Positions 1 through 8,246 of a stretch of DNA of 64,000 nt are shown in pieces. The DNA is from a virus (taxonomy: Duplodnaviria; Caudoviricetes). The notes below the pieces were generated by a model. It made no database searches. It was not told the DNA's origin and saw nothing but the letters and a program-made list of their open reading frames with translations. Both the position numbers and the translations under genes were made by a program. The DNA lies in IMG/VR virus record IMGVR_UViG_3300036797_000015, positions 9,826 to 73,825 of that record; one strand, written 5' to 3'. Position 1 is the stretch's first letter, and every line of letters begins with the position of its first letter.

Positions 1-1
1 G

Positions 2-466
2 GCCCGTGAGGATCGGGAGAAGGCACGCGAGGCAAGCAAGGCTGAAGCCGATGAGAAGCGTAAGGCCAAGGAAGCCGAGCGCGAATCAAAGCGTGCTGAG
101 CGCGAGCAACAGGCCGAGGCAAAGCAGGCCGAGCGCGCCCAGAAGGAACAGGAACGCGAAGCAAAGCGCGTCCAGCGCGAGCAGGAGCGTGAGCAGAAGG
201 AAGCAGAACGGGCGCAGCGCGCTACCGAGCGTGAAGAGAAGCGCAAGCAACAGGAAGAGGAACGCGCCCAGAAGCAGCAAGAACGTGAAGCTGCTCGTGC
301 GGCCAAGGAAGCAGAGCGCGAAGCCAAGAAGGCAAGCTCTGGCGCTGACGGTGACGACAGCACTTCCGCTACTCCTGCTGCGGCCGAGAATGGCCGCGAG
401 TCTCGTCGGCGTATTCGTCGGCGTGACGACGCTGATACGGTTGCTGTCAGCGAATCAAGTTTCTAG
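2..466 (+). CDS. Partial E/R/K/A-rich charged helical (coiled-coil/SAH-like) protein, 3' part
   Basis: Frame starting at nt 2 is open to TAG 464-466 (AREDREKAREASKAEADEKRK...SESSF). Missing from the ORF track because its start lies upstream of the window. Confidence 0.85.
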   Translation, partial: AREDREKAREASKAEADEKRKAKEAERESKRAEREQQAEAKQAERAQKEQEREAKRVQREQEREQKEAERAQRATEREEKRKQQEEERAQKQQEREAARAAKEAEREAKKASSGADGDDSTSATPAAAENGRESRRRIRRRDDADTVAVSESSF

Positions 467-487
467 ACCAATGGTTGTTGGCCAGAC

Positions 488-514
488 CCCTGAACGCTCA
501 CGAGGCGTCCAGGG
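488..514 (+). other. Intergenic RNA hairpin upstream of the tRNA-like element
   Basis: CCCTG-A-ACGCT / GGCGT-C-CAGGG pairing with a 5-nt loop. Confidence 0.5.
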
Positions 515-523
515 TGCTCTGGT

Positions 524-601
524 GAGTAGCGCGGACGGTAGACCCATGGGAAGTGGGATCGTGTGCACCCGTTCGACTCGGGCATTCCGCGCTACTCTCC
601 A
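524..601 (+). ncRNA. tRNA-like structured RNA (12-bp terminal stem, GGTAGA, internal hairpin, T-arm, 3' T-CCA); not a canonical tRNA
   Basis: GAGTAGCGCGGA (524-535) pairs perfectly with TCCGCGCTACTC (586-597). CCCG-TTCGACT-CGGG T-arm at 568-582. TCCA at 598-601. Confidence 0.6.
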
Positions 602-628
602 GGGTAACCCTCTTGGCCGAGGTTACCC
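602..628 (+). other. Hairpin GGGTAACC...GGTTACCC directly after the tRNA-like element
   Basis: Perfect 8-bp stem (602-609/621-628) plus 2 inner pairs; no U-tract. Confidence 0.55.
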
Positions 629-650
629 CAGACAGAAAGACTGGGAAGAT

Positions 651-980
651 ATGCCAATCCATTTCGATGTAGGCGGTGTAGCCGTTAAGGCTGATACCGT
701 ATCAGAAGGTGCGGAGCTACTACGCGAGTTGCTAGCTCCAGTGAAGCAAAAGGCTAAGTCTAACGGAAGTGCGCCTACAAACGGCAAGCTTAAGCGCGAT
801 GAGGTTCTACCCGCCACGCTGGCGTATATTGGCAACTCTGCTAAGGGCAGGACTACCAAGCAAATAGCGCATTACTTCGCTATCAGTTCTGCTACCGCTT
901 CAAGCAGGCTACAGACGTTACGGAGCCAGGGCTTGATTAATGTGCCAGAGAAGCGCGGCGGGTATTGGACGGCAGCATGA
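651..980 (+). CDS. Winged-helix HTH DNA-binding protein
   Basis: C-terminal TTKQIAHYFAISSATASSRLQTLRSQGLI HTH plus wing. Real start is probably ATG 651 inside track ORF 6..980. Confidence 0.75.
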   Translation: MPIHFDVGGVAVKADTVSEGAELLRELLAPVKQKAKSNGSAPTNGKLKRDEVLPATLAYIGNSAKGRTTKQIAHYFAISSATASSRLQTLRSQGLINVPEKRGGYWTAA

Positions 981-1234
981 AGTCTATCCAAGTAATACTT
1001 AGCTGTATGTATAAAGGTTGTACAACTAAGTCAGATCCTGTTGATGCACACGAGATAGATACTTATGAATACCATGATGCGCCAAGCGACGGCATCACAT
1101 TTTGTCAGCCTAAAGATTGGTGGCACGATACGTTGTATGGCCATATCGTCACGTGTCCAGAGCATAAGCAGGAATACTTAGAACGACGATCTAGCGAACA
1201 ATGGCGCGACAACCATATCGAATGGAAGTTCTAA
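977..1234 (+). CDS. Hypothetical protein (Cys/His-containing)
   Basis: ATGA overlap with upstream stop; stop overlaps next start. Confidence 0.7.
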   Translation: MKSIQVILSCMYKGCTTKSDPVDAHEIDTYEYHDAPSDGITFCQPKDWWHDTLYGHIVTCPEHKQEYLERRSSEQWRDNHIEWKF

Positions 1235-1542
1235 TGAGTATTGCCCTTGAACGAGTGATCCGCTGCGATATGTGCCACACGAATGTGGGGAAGCCGGTAG
1301 CAGACGGACCTACCTCTGAGGAACTTGCCAAGTCGCTTGAGGACGATTTACTCATGCTTCTGCGCAAACCCGACGGTACCGAGTTCAAGGTCTGCGGTAG
1401 GTGCTTCCTGAACCATCCTGACTGGCAGCTAAGCAAGTCGCAGCTAGCGGAGGACGAAATTGTAGACGAGTTACCGCCAGGCAAATATTGGCCTGAAGGT
1501 GACCTTGGCGACGATCCAGATGGTGATCTGGATGCGGATTAA
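1234..1542 (+). CDS. Hypothetical zinc-ribbon protein with acidic tail
   Basis: CDMC...CGRC pairs; TAATG coupling. Confidence 0.7.
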   Translation: MSIALERVIRCDMCHTNVGKPVADGPTSEELAKSLEDDLLMLLRKPDGTEFKVCGRCFLNHPDWQLSKSQLAEDEIVDELPPGKYWPEGDLGDDPDGDLDAD

Positions 1543-1696
1543 TAGGCCAACCTGGAATCCTCTCCAGGTTGTTGGGAAGTGGCGGCGTGCTAGGCGTTAC
1601 AGTCTAGCACGTCGTCACGCAAATGATGCGGCCCATATAGAGTGGGCAAGTGCCTTGGCCGGCAATACACGAAAGGACCGAAGTGGCAAGAGCTAA
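1532..1696 (+). CDS. Small basic hypothetical protein
   Basis: Fills the gap with short overlaps at both ends. Confidence 0.5.
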   Translation: MRINRPTWNPLQVVGKWRRARRYSLARRHANDAAHIEWASALAGNTRKDRSGKS

Positions 1697-1961
1697 AAGT
1701 ATCCAAGCAGAGCGCAATAAGCGCGGCCATAAGCGTTCGCACGTAGCGCAGTTAAACGACAGGACGCTAGCGAACGCTTATAACCACGGATTGCCTTGGG
1801 TGGATTCAGACGTGGAAACGTTGGCGAATCTGATCGCTAAGAACTCATCGACGTTCGATATGGCGATGTCCCTGGGCCGCTCGTACTACTCGACGCAATA
1901 TGCTCGTGCGCATATCAGTTTCGCCCTACGGCACGCCAAGACCTTTAGGAAGCTACTGTGA
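1683..1961 (+). CDS. Putative HTH/Myb-like DNA-binding protein
   Basis: GAAAGGA RBS before GTG 1683; NHGLPWVDSDVETL...MAMSLGRSYYS pattern. Confidence 0.55.
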   Translation: MARAKSIQAERNKRGHKRSHVAQLNDRTLANAYNHGLPWVDSDVETLANLIAKNSSTFDMAMSLGRSYYSTQYARAHISFALRHAKTFRKLL

Positions 1962-2107
1962 CTGTCAAAGTAGTAATCACATTCGATAATGCTGATGATG
2001 AAGTGCAAGCATTGGCTATACGGAAATGGGTTGAAGACGCTATGCCTGTTGGGCTAGTTAATCCGCCTGTAGCAGTGGTATTGACGCAGCGACCGGAGAG
2101 GCACTAG
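1958..2107 (+). CDS. Small hypothetical protein (49 aa)
   Basis: GTGA coupling; MTVKVVITFDNADD...; below the ORF-track cutoff. Confidence 0.55.
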   Translation: MTVKVVITFDNADDEVQALAIRKWVEDAMPVGLVNPPVAVVLTQRPERH

Positions 2108-2108
2108 G

Positions 2109-2816
2109 TTGGCAGACATTGGGAACCAAAACATCCAGGCGACAATGGAGGCTTTGGCTTGCCGCGAGACTGCGGAGTATATCATCAGCCACGAGCAGCT
2201 ATATGTGGCGGAACAAGTTGAGGGTGCCTCCGAGATAATTGACTGGTCTCTAGGCAAAGCGCCAAAGAACGGTCTATGTCTCGAATTTGGCATAGGGTTT
2301 GGCCGAACGCTCAAGCGAATCGCTGCACAACGCTATGTCCACGGGTTTGACAGTTTCAAAGGTCTACCGGAAGCCTGGCGCTCTGGACTACCTAAAGGCA
2401 CTTTCAGCAATGCCGGTATGGTCAAAGAACAGATTGTAACTAAACTTCACAACTTACATGACGAGGATGCCAGTCGTGGTGGAGAGATACATGTTGGTTG
2501 GTTCAATGAAACGCTGCCAAAGTGGATTGAATATTACCAGTTACAGCTAGAGCGTGGCATTGACTATATCCATCTTGACTCAGACCTCTACAGTTCCGCG
2601 GTGACCATCCTTGAAGGTGTTAAGGAATACCTCAAGCCGGGTAGCGTCATCCTGTTTGATGAGTACTGGAACTATCCCGGGTGGAAGCTAGATGGGCACG
2701 GAGAACACGCCGCGCTAATGGACTGGAGTATTCCCGATGTTGCTTGGGAGTACATAGGTTACAATCCTATTGGGCAAGAAGTAGCAATTAGAATGAAGAG
2801 GAATCGTGACAAATAA
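2109..2816 (+). CDS. Class I SAM-dependent O-methyltransferase, TylF/MycF-like
   Basis: LEFGIGFG, GFDSFKGLPE, GWFNETLP, IHLDSDLYSS, FDEY motifs. Confidence 0.85.
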   Translation: MADIGNQNIQATMEALACRETAEYIISHEQLYVAEQVEGASEIIDWSLGKAPKNGLCLEFGIGFGRTLKRIAAQRYVHGFDSFKGLPEAWRSGLPKGTFSNAGMVKEQIVTKLHNLHDEDASRGGEIHVGWFNETLPKWIEYYQLQLERGIDYIHLDSDLYSSAVTILEGVKEYLKPGSVILFDEYWNYPGWKLDGHGEHAALMDWSIPDVAWEYIGYNPIGQEVAIRMKRNRDK

Positions 2817-3684
2817 CCCTAGAGTGTATATCCCCAGCCGTAGCCGCTGGGAGAATGTCCCTAAGCTAACCAAAGCCTGGGACGATGAGATGTTCGATGT
2901 CGTGTTCTCTGTAGAGCCAGACGAGTTGGAGAAGTATGAAGCCGAGATTGATCGTGCTGGCGCTCGTGAGTTCGCTTCTTGTATTGCTTTGCCTGACCGC
3001 AATCTCGGTGTGGGATTTAGCCGAACATTCTGCTTAGAGCACGCCGCGAGTGATGGGCTGGAAAGCATCATCTGTTCGGACGACGACATCAAGCCGAATA
3101 CCGGCCGCAATGGCGAATCTGACGCCGGTATGGATAAGTTGATTGAGATATGTGAAGACCCGATGGTGCTTGGTTGTACCGCATATTACTCATACCTAGA
3201 CCTCATGCTCGGCATCAAGGGTAAGGATCGCAAAGACGTTATCATTGCGCCGAACTGTATTGTTAGGCTGTTCGGCCTGAACGTGAAGGAATCGCTCGAC
3301 CTTGGCGGGTTTGACGCGAGTCTGAAGTGCGGTGATGACGCTGACTTCTTGATCCGTGGTATCTATGCTGGCTTCCCGTGGCTTATCCACCTTGGCGCTA
3401 AGGCTGTCAGTTTCGCACCCAGGTTCGCGACAGGAGGTGTAGCCGCGCTGGAGGATGCTGTAAGCGTAGGCGAGGTGAAAGGCGCCAAGGGCGACGCTAC
3501 CCGCGAAGCCGTCCGCATCATCGCTGAGAAGTTTCCTGATATTGCTACTGCGGTGCGCCCAGACAAGTTAAGCTACAAGTGGCGTCAGCTATATGATAAC
3601 GAGCTACCAGACTGGAAGCATTGGTCTCCGCTACATGGCGGCAATATCAACAACTACTTTGGTGAGGGCTGGGTATGTCCGTAG
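2806..3684 (+). CDS. GT-A fold glycosyltransferase (phage base-glycosyltransferase-like)
   Basis: VYIPSRSR start, GVGFSRTFCL, SDDD (DxD), CGDDADF. Confidence 0.75.
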   Translation: MTNNPRVYIPSRSRWENVPKLTKAWDDEMFDVVFSVEPDELEKYEAEIDRAGAREFASCIALPDRNLGVGFSRTFCLEHAASDGLESIICSDDDIKPNTGRNGESDAGMDKLIEICEDPMVLGCTAYYSYLDLMLGIKGKDRKDVIIAPNCIVRLFGLNVKESLDLGGFDASLKCGDDADFLIRGIYAGFPWLIHLGAKAVSFAPRFATGGVAALEDAVSVGEVKGAKGDATREAVRIIAEKFPDIATAVRPDKLSYKWRQLYDNELPDWKHWSPLHGGNINNYFGEGWVCP

Positions 3685-4814
3685 AGACAGTAGAGCTGCC
3701 ACTACCGAAATTGCGTTCGTCTGAGCGCAATGCGTTCATGCGGTGCCCGCAGATGTGGTATTGGGGCTACGTTGAGCACCTAACGCCCAGGGTACAAAAG
3801 TACAAGGACGCAGCCGAGTTTGGCACAGGGTTCCACTTGGCGCTAGAGAACTACTACAGACCGGGGACAGTACGTGGACCGCACCCAGCAGAGACATGGG
3901 AGAAGTGGGCCGACGATACACTTAGGACCATCAAGACTTCAGAGACTGTTGACGACGAGGTTGTGGCAAAGTGGGTTAATTTTCACCAACTTGGCATTGA
4001 CTTGGCCGAAGCTTATGTCGAGCGATACCAGGGCGACCCACATTGGGATGTACTTGATGCTGAGCGTAAATTTAGTGTGCTTATACCAGATGTACGCTAT
4101 CAGCCGCTCATATCTGAAAAGGGCAGGCGCGGATACAAACCTATTGTCAACTTTGTTGGTGTCGTCGATCTATGTTATCGTGACCTCAATGATGGGTTGG
4201 TGAAGATGACTGACCATAAAACTGCTCAGCAGATTCGCACAGACCACCTAACGCTCGACACACAGGCTAGTAGCTATATCGCTGTTGCTAGCAAAGCACT
4301 TAAGGACCAGCAGCTAATCGGGCCCAAGGAATCGGTAGCCGGTATGGAGTATAACTTCATCCGCCGCACGAACCTGTGGTCTGCGCCGTTGAAAGCCGAT
4401 TATGTCGGTGCGTTAAGCAGAGCTGGTATCCAAGGCCCAAAGCCTCTAGAGAAGATGCTAAAGGCTGATCTGGAGCACCTAGCTTACATGAATGACATTC
4501 GCGTAAATGGGGAAGAAGTCGACAGAAACACGATCTTCAAGCGCCACTTTGTCCCGAGGACGCCCAAGGAACGGCAGCGCTCTATTATACGCATATCTGA
4601 GGAAGCCCGAGTCATGGCGGATGTCCGTGAGGGCAGACTGCCGATTCTAAAGCATACTCAGCGAGACTGCTACTTCTGTGCGTTCTTTGACTTGTGCGAC
4701 CTAGACGAATCTGGAGCCGACACCGACTATTTCAAGGAGTCTGTCTACATGAAGCACGATCCATACGGGGATCACGACGAGAAGAAAGCAAGCGAAAATG
4801 GTGGCGAGGCTTAA
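3675..4814 (+). CDS. Cas4/RecB-like PD-(D/E)xK exonuclease
   Basis: FMRCPQMW, GTGFHLALE, GVVDL..DHKT, C-terminal CYFCAFFDLC (1+3 Cys). Confidence 0.85.
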   Translation: MSVETVELPLPKLRSSERNAFMRCPQMWYWGYVEHLTPRVQKYKDAAEFGTGFHLALENYYRPGTVRGPHPAETWEKWADDTLRTIKTSETVDDEVVAKWVNFHQLGIDLAEAYVERYQGDPHWDVLDAERKFSVLIPDVRYQPLISEKGRRGYKPIVNFVGVVDLCYRDLNDGLVKMTDHKTAQQIRTDHLTLDTQASSYIAVASKALKDQQLIGPKESVAGMEYNFIRRTNLWSAPLKADYVGALSRAGIQGPKPLEKMLKADLEHLAYMNDIRVNGEEVDRNTIFKRHFVPRTPKERQRSIIRISEEARVMADVREGRLPILKHTQRDCYFCAFFDLCDLDESGADTDYFKESVYMKHDPYGDHDEKKASENGGEA

Positions 4815-4992
4815 AGAGAAGGGGATATCTGAGCTTCGCAACTTCAAGACCAGAGTGTTGCGTCAAGCTTCACTCAGGCGCATAAGCCAAACTGATGCTG
4901 ATGAGTTAGTTGATATGGTCAACGAGATTGAGGCTTATGTGATCAAAATGAAAGAAAAACCAATGAAACAAGAAGAGAAGGATCCATTCTGA
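4798..4992 (+). CDS. Hypothetical protein
   Basis: Coupled ORF between exonuclease and ATPase. Confidence 0.65.
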   Translation: MVARLKEKGISELRNFKTRVLRQASLRRISQTDADELVDMVNEIEAYVIKMKEKPMKQEEKDPF

Positions 4993-5921
4993 TGGCAAAT
5001 CTGGAATTGCTCGACCTGCCAGATGACATCGTAGACCTACAGGATGAGGATGAGAATTACAACCTCCTGGTCTACGCTGATTCTGGTGTCGGCAAAACGG
5101 TATTCGGCTGTTCAGACGACAGAGTGCTTGTCGTAGCGACAGAAGATGCCGGAGGTGGCGGGGGAACTATCTCCGCCAAGCGCTTTGGCAGTACGGCGCA
5201 GAAGTGGAAGGTCAAGTCGTGGACCGATATTGTGCGGGCCTACGACTGGCTGTCGAAGCAGGACCCAATCCCGTTCGATTGGGTATTTATCGACAGTTTG
5301 ACTGACGCGCAGTCAATGTGTATGCGGGATGTCTTGGAGAAGGCCACCAAGGAGAATCCGCATCGTGATCCGGATGTGCCGTTGATTGGCGACTGGCAGC
5401 CGTACTACAACAAATTCGAGCGCATGGTGAAATTGTTTAACTCCCTGCCAGTTCACTGCCTGTATTCAGCTCTACAGCAGGAGGAACAGGATGAGGAGGA
5501 AGAAACTGTAGTGCTCCCAATGCTTCAGGGCAAGGGTACGCAGTACGCCAAGAAGGTTGCTTCTTGGATGACCAGTTTCGGCAACATGCGCGTTCGTCGG
5601 CGTCCCACCGGGGAAACTGACGACGATGGCAAGAAGAAGTATGAGGAGGTCCGCGTTATTCAGTGGGCCGCTAGCAAATCCGTTATGGCTAAGGATCGCA
5701 CGCGTTGCTTGGAGCCACGCACTGTGAACCTGAACCTGAAGGAAGTGCGCGAACTGCTTGAGAGCGGTCCAAAGCCGTCTACTCAACCAGGACGTGTAGT
5801 CAAGAGGCCCAAAGCGAATGATGTTGTTCGCGACGAGCCCAAAGCAGAAGAGTCAGTGAATGGCGAATCTGAGGTCAACGAGGAAGATCTGGTTACTGCC
5901 GGAGAGGATTGGGATAAGTGA
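4992..5921 (+). CDS. AAA_24/Sak4-like ATPase (single-strand annealing protein)
   Basis: YADSGVGKT Walker A, VFIDSLT Walker B, AKDR motif; exonuclease-ATPase-SSB context. Confidence 0.8.
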   Translation: MANLELLDLPDDIVDLQDEDENYNLLVYADSGVGKTVFGCSDDRVLVVATEDAGGGGGTISAKRFGSTAQKWKVKSWTDIVRAYDWLSKQDPIPFDWVFIDSLTDAQSMCMRDVLEKATKENPHRDPDVPLIGDWQPYYNKFERMVKLFNSLPVHCLYSALQQEEQDEEEETVVLPMLQGKGTQYAKKVASWMTSFGNMRVRRRPTGETDDDGKKKYEEVRVIQWAASKSVMAKDRTRCLEPRTVNLNLKEVRELLESGPKPSTQPGRVVKRPKANDVVRDEPKAEESVNGESEVNEEDLVTAGEDWDK

Positions 5922-6616
5922 AAGTAAAGTGGGATACTGACGGCAAGGGTGTCACTGCGAGTACTGGCCGGTATGCCGGACCTGACTTGGAGAAGGGCAG
6001 TTATGTCGTCAAGTTGAAGCGCATGACCATCGTCAAGATCAAGGCTAAGGCGAGTCCCAATTTCAACAAGCCTCGCATCAACCTGATCATGGAAGTCTGC
6101 GGGCCAGATAAGGCCAGTGAGTACTTCGGACACCCGATCTTTGATGGCTTGAACATCATCGAATCTGGCCGAGGTTACGTCAACGCATTCCTCCACGCTC
6201 TGACTGACGGATCTGACAAGCAGAAGAAAGCAATCGAAGCTGCTTTCTGGCCGCCCAACGGTCCTGATGCCAAGCGCGAGAAGCGTCGCAACTCTGAGGA
6301 AACTGATCTTCATGTCAAGAAGATTGGGCCGTGGAAGATTGGGTCGCCGAATGGGGAATTGCTTCTCCAGGTGACAGCTAAGCCTGACCACGACCTCAAG
6401 GGCGCATTCCGTGCCGCTGTGACTCAGTATCTGCCCTACCAGGGCGCAGATAACCTCAGCAGCGCTGCGGACGATGATGATTTCGATGACGACGATGAGG
6501 ACTTTGTTGTTGATGCCGACGAAATTGGCGGCGATAACGACAAGCTCATCAGCGACCTCGATGCGGATGATGACGGATTTGTGGATGTTGTAGGGGACGA
6601 CGAGCCACCGTTCTGA
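5918..6616 (+). CDS. Putative ssDNA-binding protein
   Basis: Position after Sak4-like gene; very acidic tail ending DDEPPF. Confidence 0.7.
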   Translation: MKVKWDTDGKGVTASTGRYAGPDLEKGSYVVKLKRMTIVKIKAKASPNFNKPRINLIMEVCGPDKASEYFGHPIFDGLNIIESGRGYVNAFLHALTDGSDKQKKAIEAAFWPPNGPDAKREKRRNSEETDLHVKKIGPWKIGSPNGELLLQVTAKPDHDLKGAFRAAVTQYLPYQGADNLSSAADDDDFDDDDEDFVVDADEIGGDNDKLISDLDADDDGFVDVVGDDEPPF

Positions 6617-6648
6617 TTCCATGAGCGGCAGTTGAATTGAGAACGCTC

Positions 6649-6657
6649 TGCCATAAT
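6649..6657 (+). promoter_or_regulatory. Candidate extended -10 promoter (TGC-CATAAT)
   Basis: TGn plus near-consensus -10 in an intergenic gap; no good -35. Confidence 0.45.
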
Positions 6658-6679
6658 CAAAACGCGAACTCCGTACCGG

Positions 6680-6741
6680 CCTGGCGGTGAAAATCGTAAA
6701 CTGCGGTAGTGTGGAAGCTAGATCTGCGCTATTGGCCCAGG
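6680..6741 (+). ncRNA. Candidate three-way-junction leader RNA
   Basis: CCTGG/CCAGG closing stem, 4-bp hairpin, and a 12-bp hairpin (6704-6734) with five G-U pairs. Confidence 0.4.
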
Positions 6742-6767
6742 ACACCCAAACTTATACAGGAGTTACA

Positions 6768-6935
6768 ATGTCAAGGACAGAACCACACGAATTTGAACCA
6801 GTCATGATATGTGGTCACTGCCAGGGACTACACGAGGATTGTAAATGTGAAGATACCACGCCGGAAGAAACGGACGAGTGCGAAGTCTGCGGACGAGTAG
6901 AAGGTGCCAGCATTCACGAGGTGGACGACGAATGA
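6768..6935 (+). CDS. Small Cys/His-rich zinc-binding protein
   Basis: ACAGGAG RBS; HEFEP..CGHC..H..CKC..CEVCG..IH. Confidence 0.7.
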   Translation: MSRTEPHEFEPVMICGHCQGLHEDCKCEDTTPEETDECEVCGRVEGASIHEVDDE

Positions 6936-7750
6936 AGTCTGTAGCCATTTTGGGATGTGGACCAGCGGGTATGATGGCCGCACTCGCTGCGGATATGTCT
7001 GGGTGGGACTTCCGCATTTACAGCCGCAAAGTTAAGTCACCACTATACGGTGCGCAGTACTTACACAAGGAGATACCCAAGGTTGATTGTGGGCCTCCGC
7101 ATTTGGTGAAGTACGAGTTAACGGGTACGCCGGAACAGTACCGGCAAAAGGTCTATGGGCCTACCTGGGACGGTACGGTATCGCCAGAGGATCTGTCGGA
7201 TAACCATAATGCTTGGAGCCTACGCAGAGCTTACAAGCAGCTATGGCGCTGGTACAACAGCGAGATTACAGATTCGACCATTAGCCCGCTCTGGCACGAC
7301 AGTGAATTCAAGCAAGACATACTACATCGAGAATATGACCTTGTTGTAAGTACGGTACCTCGCAAGATCTGGGCAGAGCCTGGCGACGTATTTGAGTCCA
7401 CCAAGGTATGGGCGCTAGGCGACACCGAAAGTGATCGTGTACCATATAGCCTTAGACCGCCAATGTGGAGCGTACACCTTAATGGTATGCCGCAAATTTC
7501 ATGGTACAGGGTAAGCAATATCTATGGTTACTGTACGGTCGAGTGGCCATACACGCAGTATAAGGCACCACAGATGCTACAGCCTCCGCCAATATCCGGC
7601 GCTAGCATAGTGGAGAAGCCTCTGCGGCATAACAGCAAAGCCGCGAGTGACTTTATACACCTTGGACGGTACGGTGCCTGGGAGAAGGGCATACTTACCA
7701 GTGATGTATTTGACCAAGCATGGAAAGTGTTCCAGGAGGATAAGATATGA
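6932..7750 (+). CDS. FAD-dependent oxidoreductase, UDP-galactopyranose-mutase-like
   Basis: ILGCGPAG Rossmann motif, GAQYLH, VSTVP, HLGRYGAW C-terminal FAD motif. Confidence 0.75.
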   Translation: MKSVAILGCGPAGMMAALAADMSGWDFRIYSRKVKSPLYGAQYLHKEIPKVDCGPPHLVKYELTGTPEQYRQKVYGPTWDGTVSPEDLSDNHNAWSLRRAYKQLWRWYNSEITDSTISPLWHDSEFKQDILHREYDLVVSTVPRKIWAEPGDVFESTKVWALGDTESDRVPYSLRPPMWSVHLNGMPQISWYRVSNIYGYCTVEWPYTQYKAPQMLQPPPISGASIVEKPLRHNSKAASDFIHLGRYGAWEKGILTSDVFDQAWKVFQEDKI

Positions 7751-7932
7751 AGCGCAAGTTGTATTTGGTAACTACTGACAAGCATAAGAAATTTTATGTG
7801 CGCGCCAGATGGGGTGTGCAAGCCATTACTTTATGCAATAGCTTTTTGCAAACTACGATGAATCCGAGTTATGCTGGGCAATTTGCCGTAAGCGCATATA
7901 ATTGGGATGACCAGGTCGTGTTGCCAGCATGA
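7747..7932 (+). CDS. Hypothetical protein
   Basis: ATGA coupling at both ends. Confidence 0.65.
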   Translation: MKRKLYLVTTDKHKKFYVRARWGVQAITLCNSFLQTTMNPSYAGQFAVSAYNWDDQVVLPA

Positions 7933-8246
7933 GCGGCGGTAGCTACGATTACATCTGCTGGGATAGTGACTTTGAGCTCGTAGAGAAGTACAAGATGGCA
8001 CAGCTTGGTTACATGGTTGATGCTCTGCGTGCAATCGACATTGACTCACTCGCCTACAAGCGAACCAAGGTGTTGTATGATCGACTACGTGAGATTGAGA
8101 ACACTAGAGATGATGCTGACAGAGAACTACGAGAAGTCTGGAAAGCTGTCGAGTGGAGAGATAGCGGCGACTATGGTCCACGGCAAGCAATAGATGCGGT
8201 AAAGGAATATGAGCTTAAAGCAAGCAACAGACCACAAACAAGATAA
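7929..8246 (+). CDS. Hypothetical protein
   Basis: ATGA coupling; MSGGSYDYI N-terminus seen in phage proteins. Confidence 0.7.
   Translation: MSGGSYDYICWDSDFELVEKYKMAQLGYMVDALRAIDIDSLAYKRTKVLYDRLREIENTRDDADRELREVWKAVEWRDSGDYGPRQAIDAVKEYELKASNRPQTR

Noticed and set aside
524-601. Canonical tRNA, tmRNA or YrlA Y-RNA
   Set aside because: Too short between acceptor and T-arm, no D-stem or U33, no tag ORF, and the order is D-then-T rather than the permuted YrlA order. Kept only as tRNA-like.
6-980. 324-aa ORF in the track
   Set aside because: Chimeric. Its first part is an off-frame shadow of the charged-helix gene and the structured intergenic region; only 651-980 looks like a real protein.
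3675-4814. CRISPR-Cas (cas4)
   Set aside because: No array or other cas genes; this is the common phage recombination exonuclease.
6704-6734. Amber-suppressor tRNA (CTA in a 7-nt loop)
   Set aside because: 12-bp stem, G at position 33, no T-arm or CCA.
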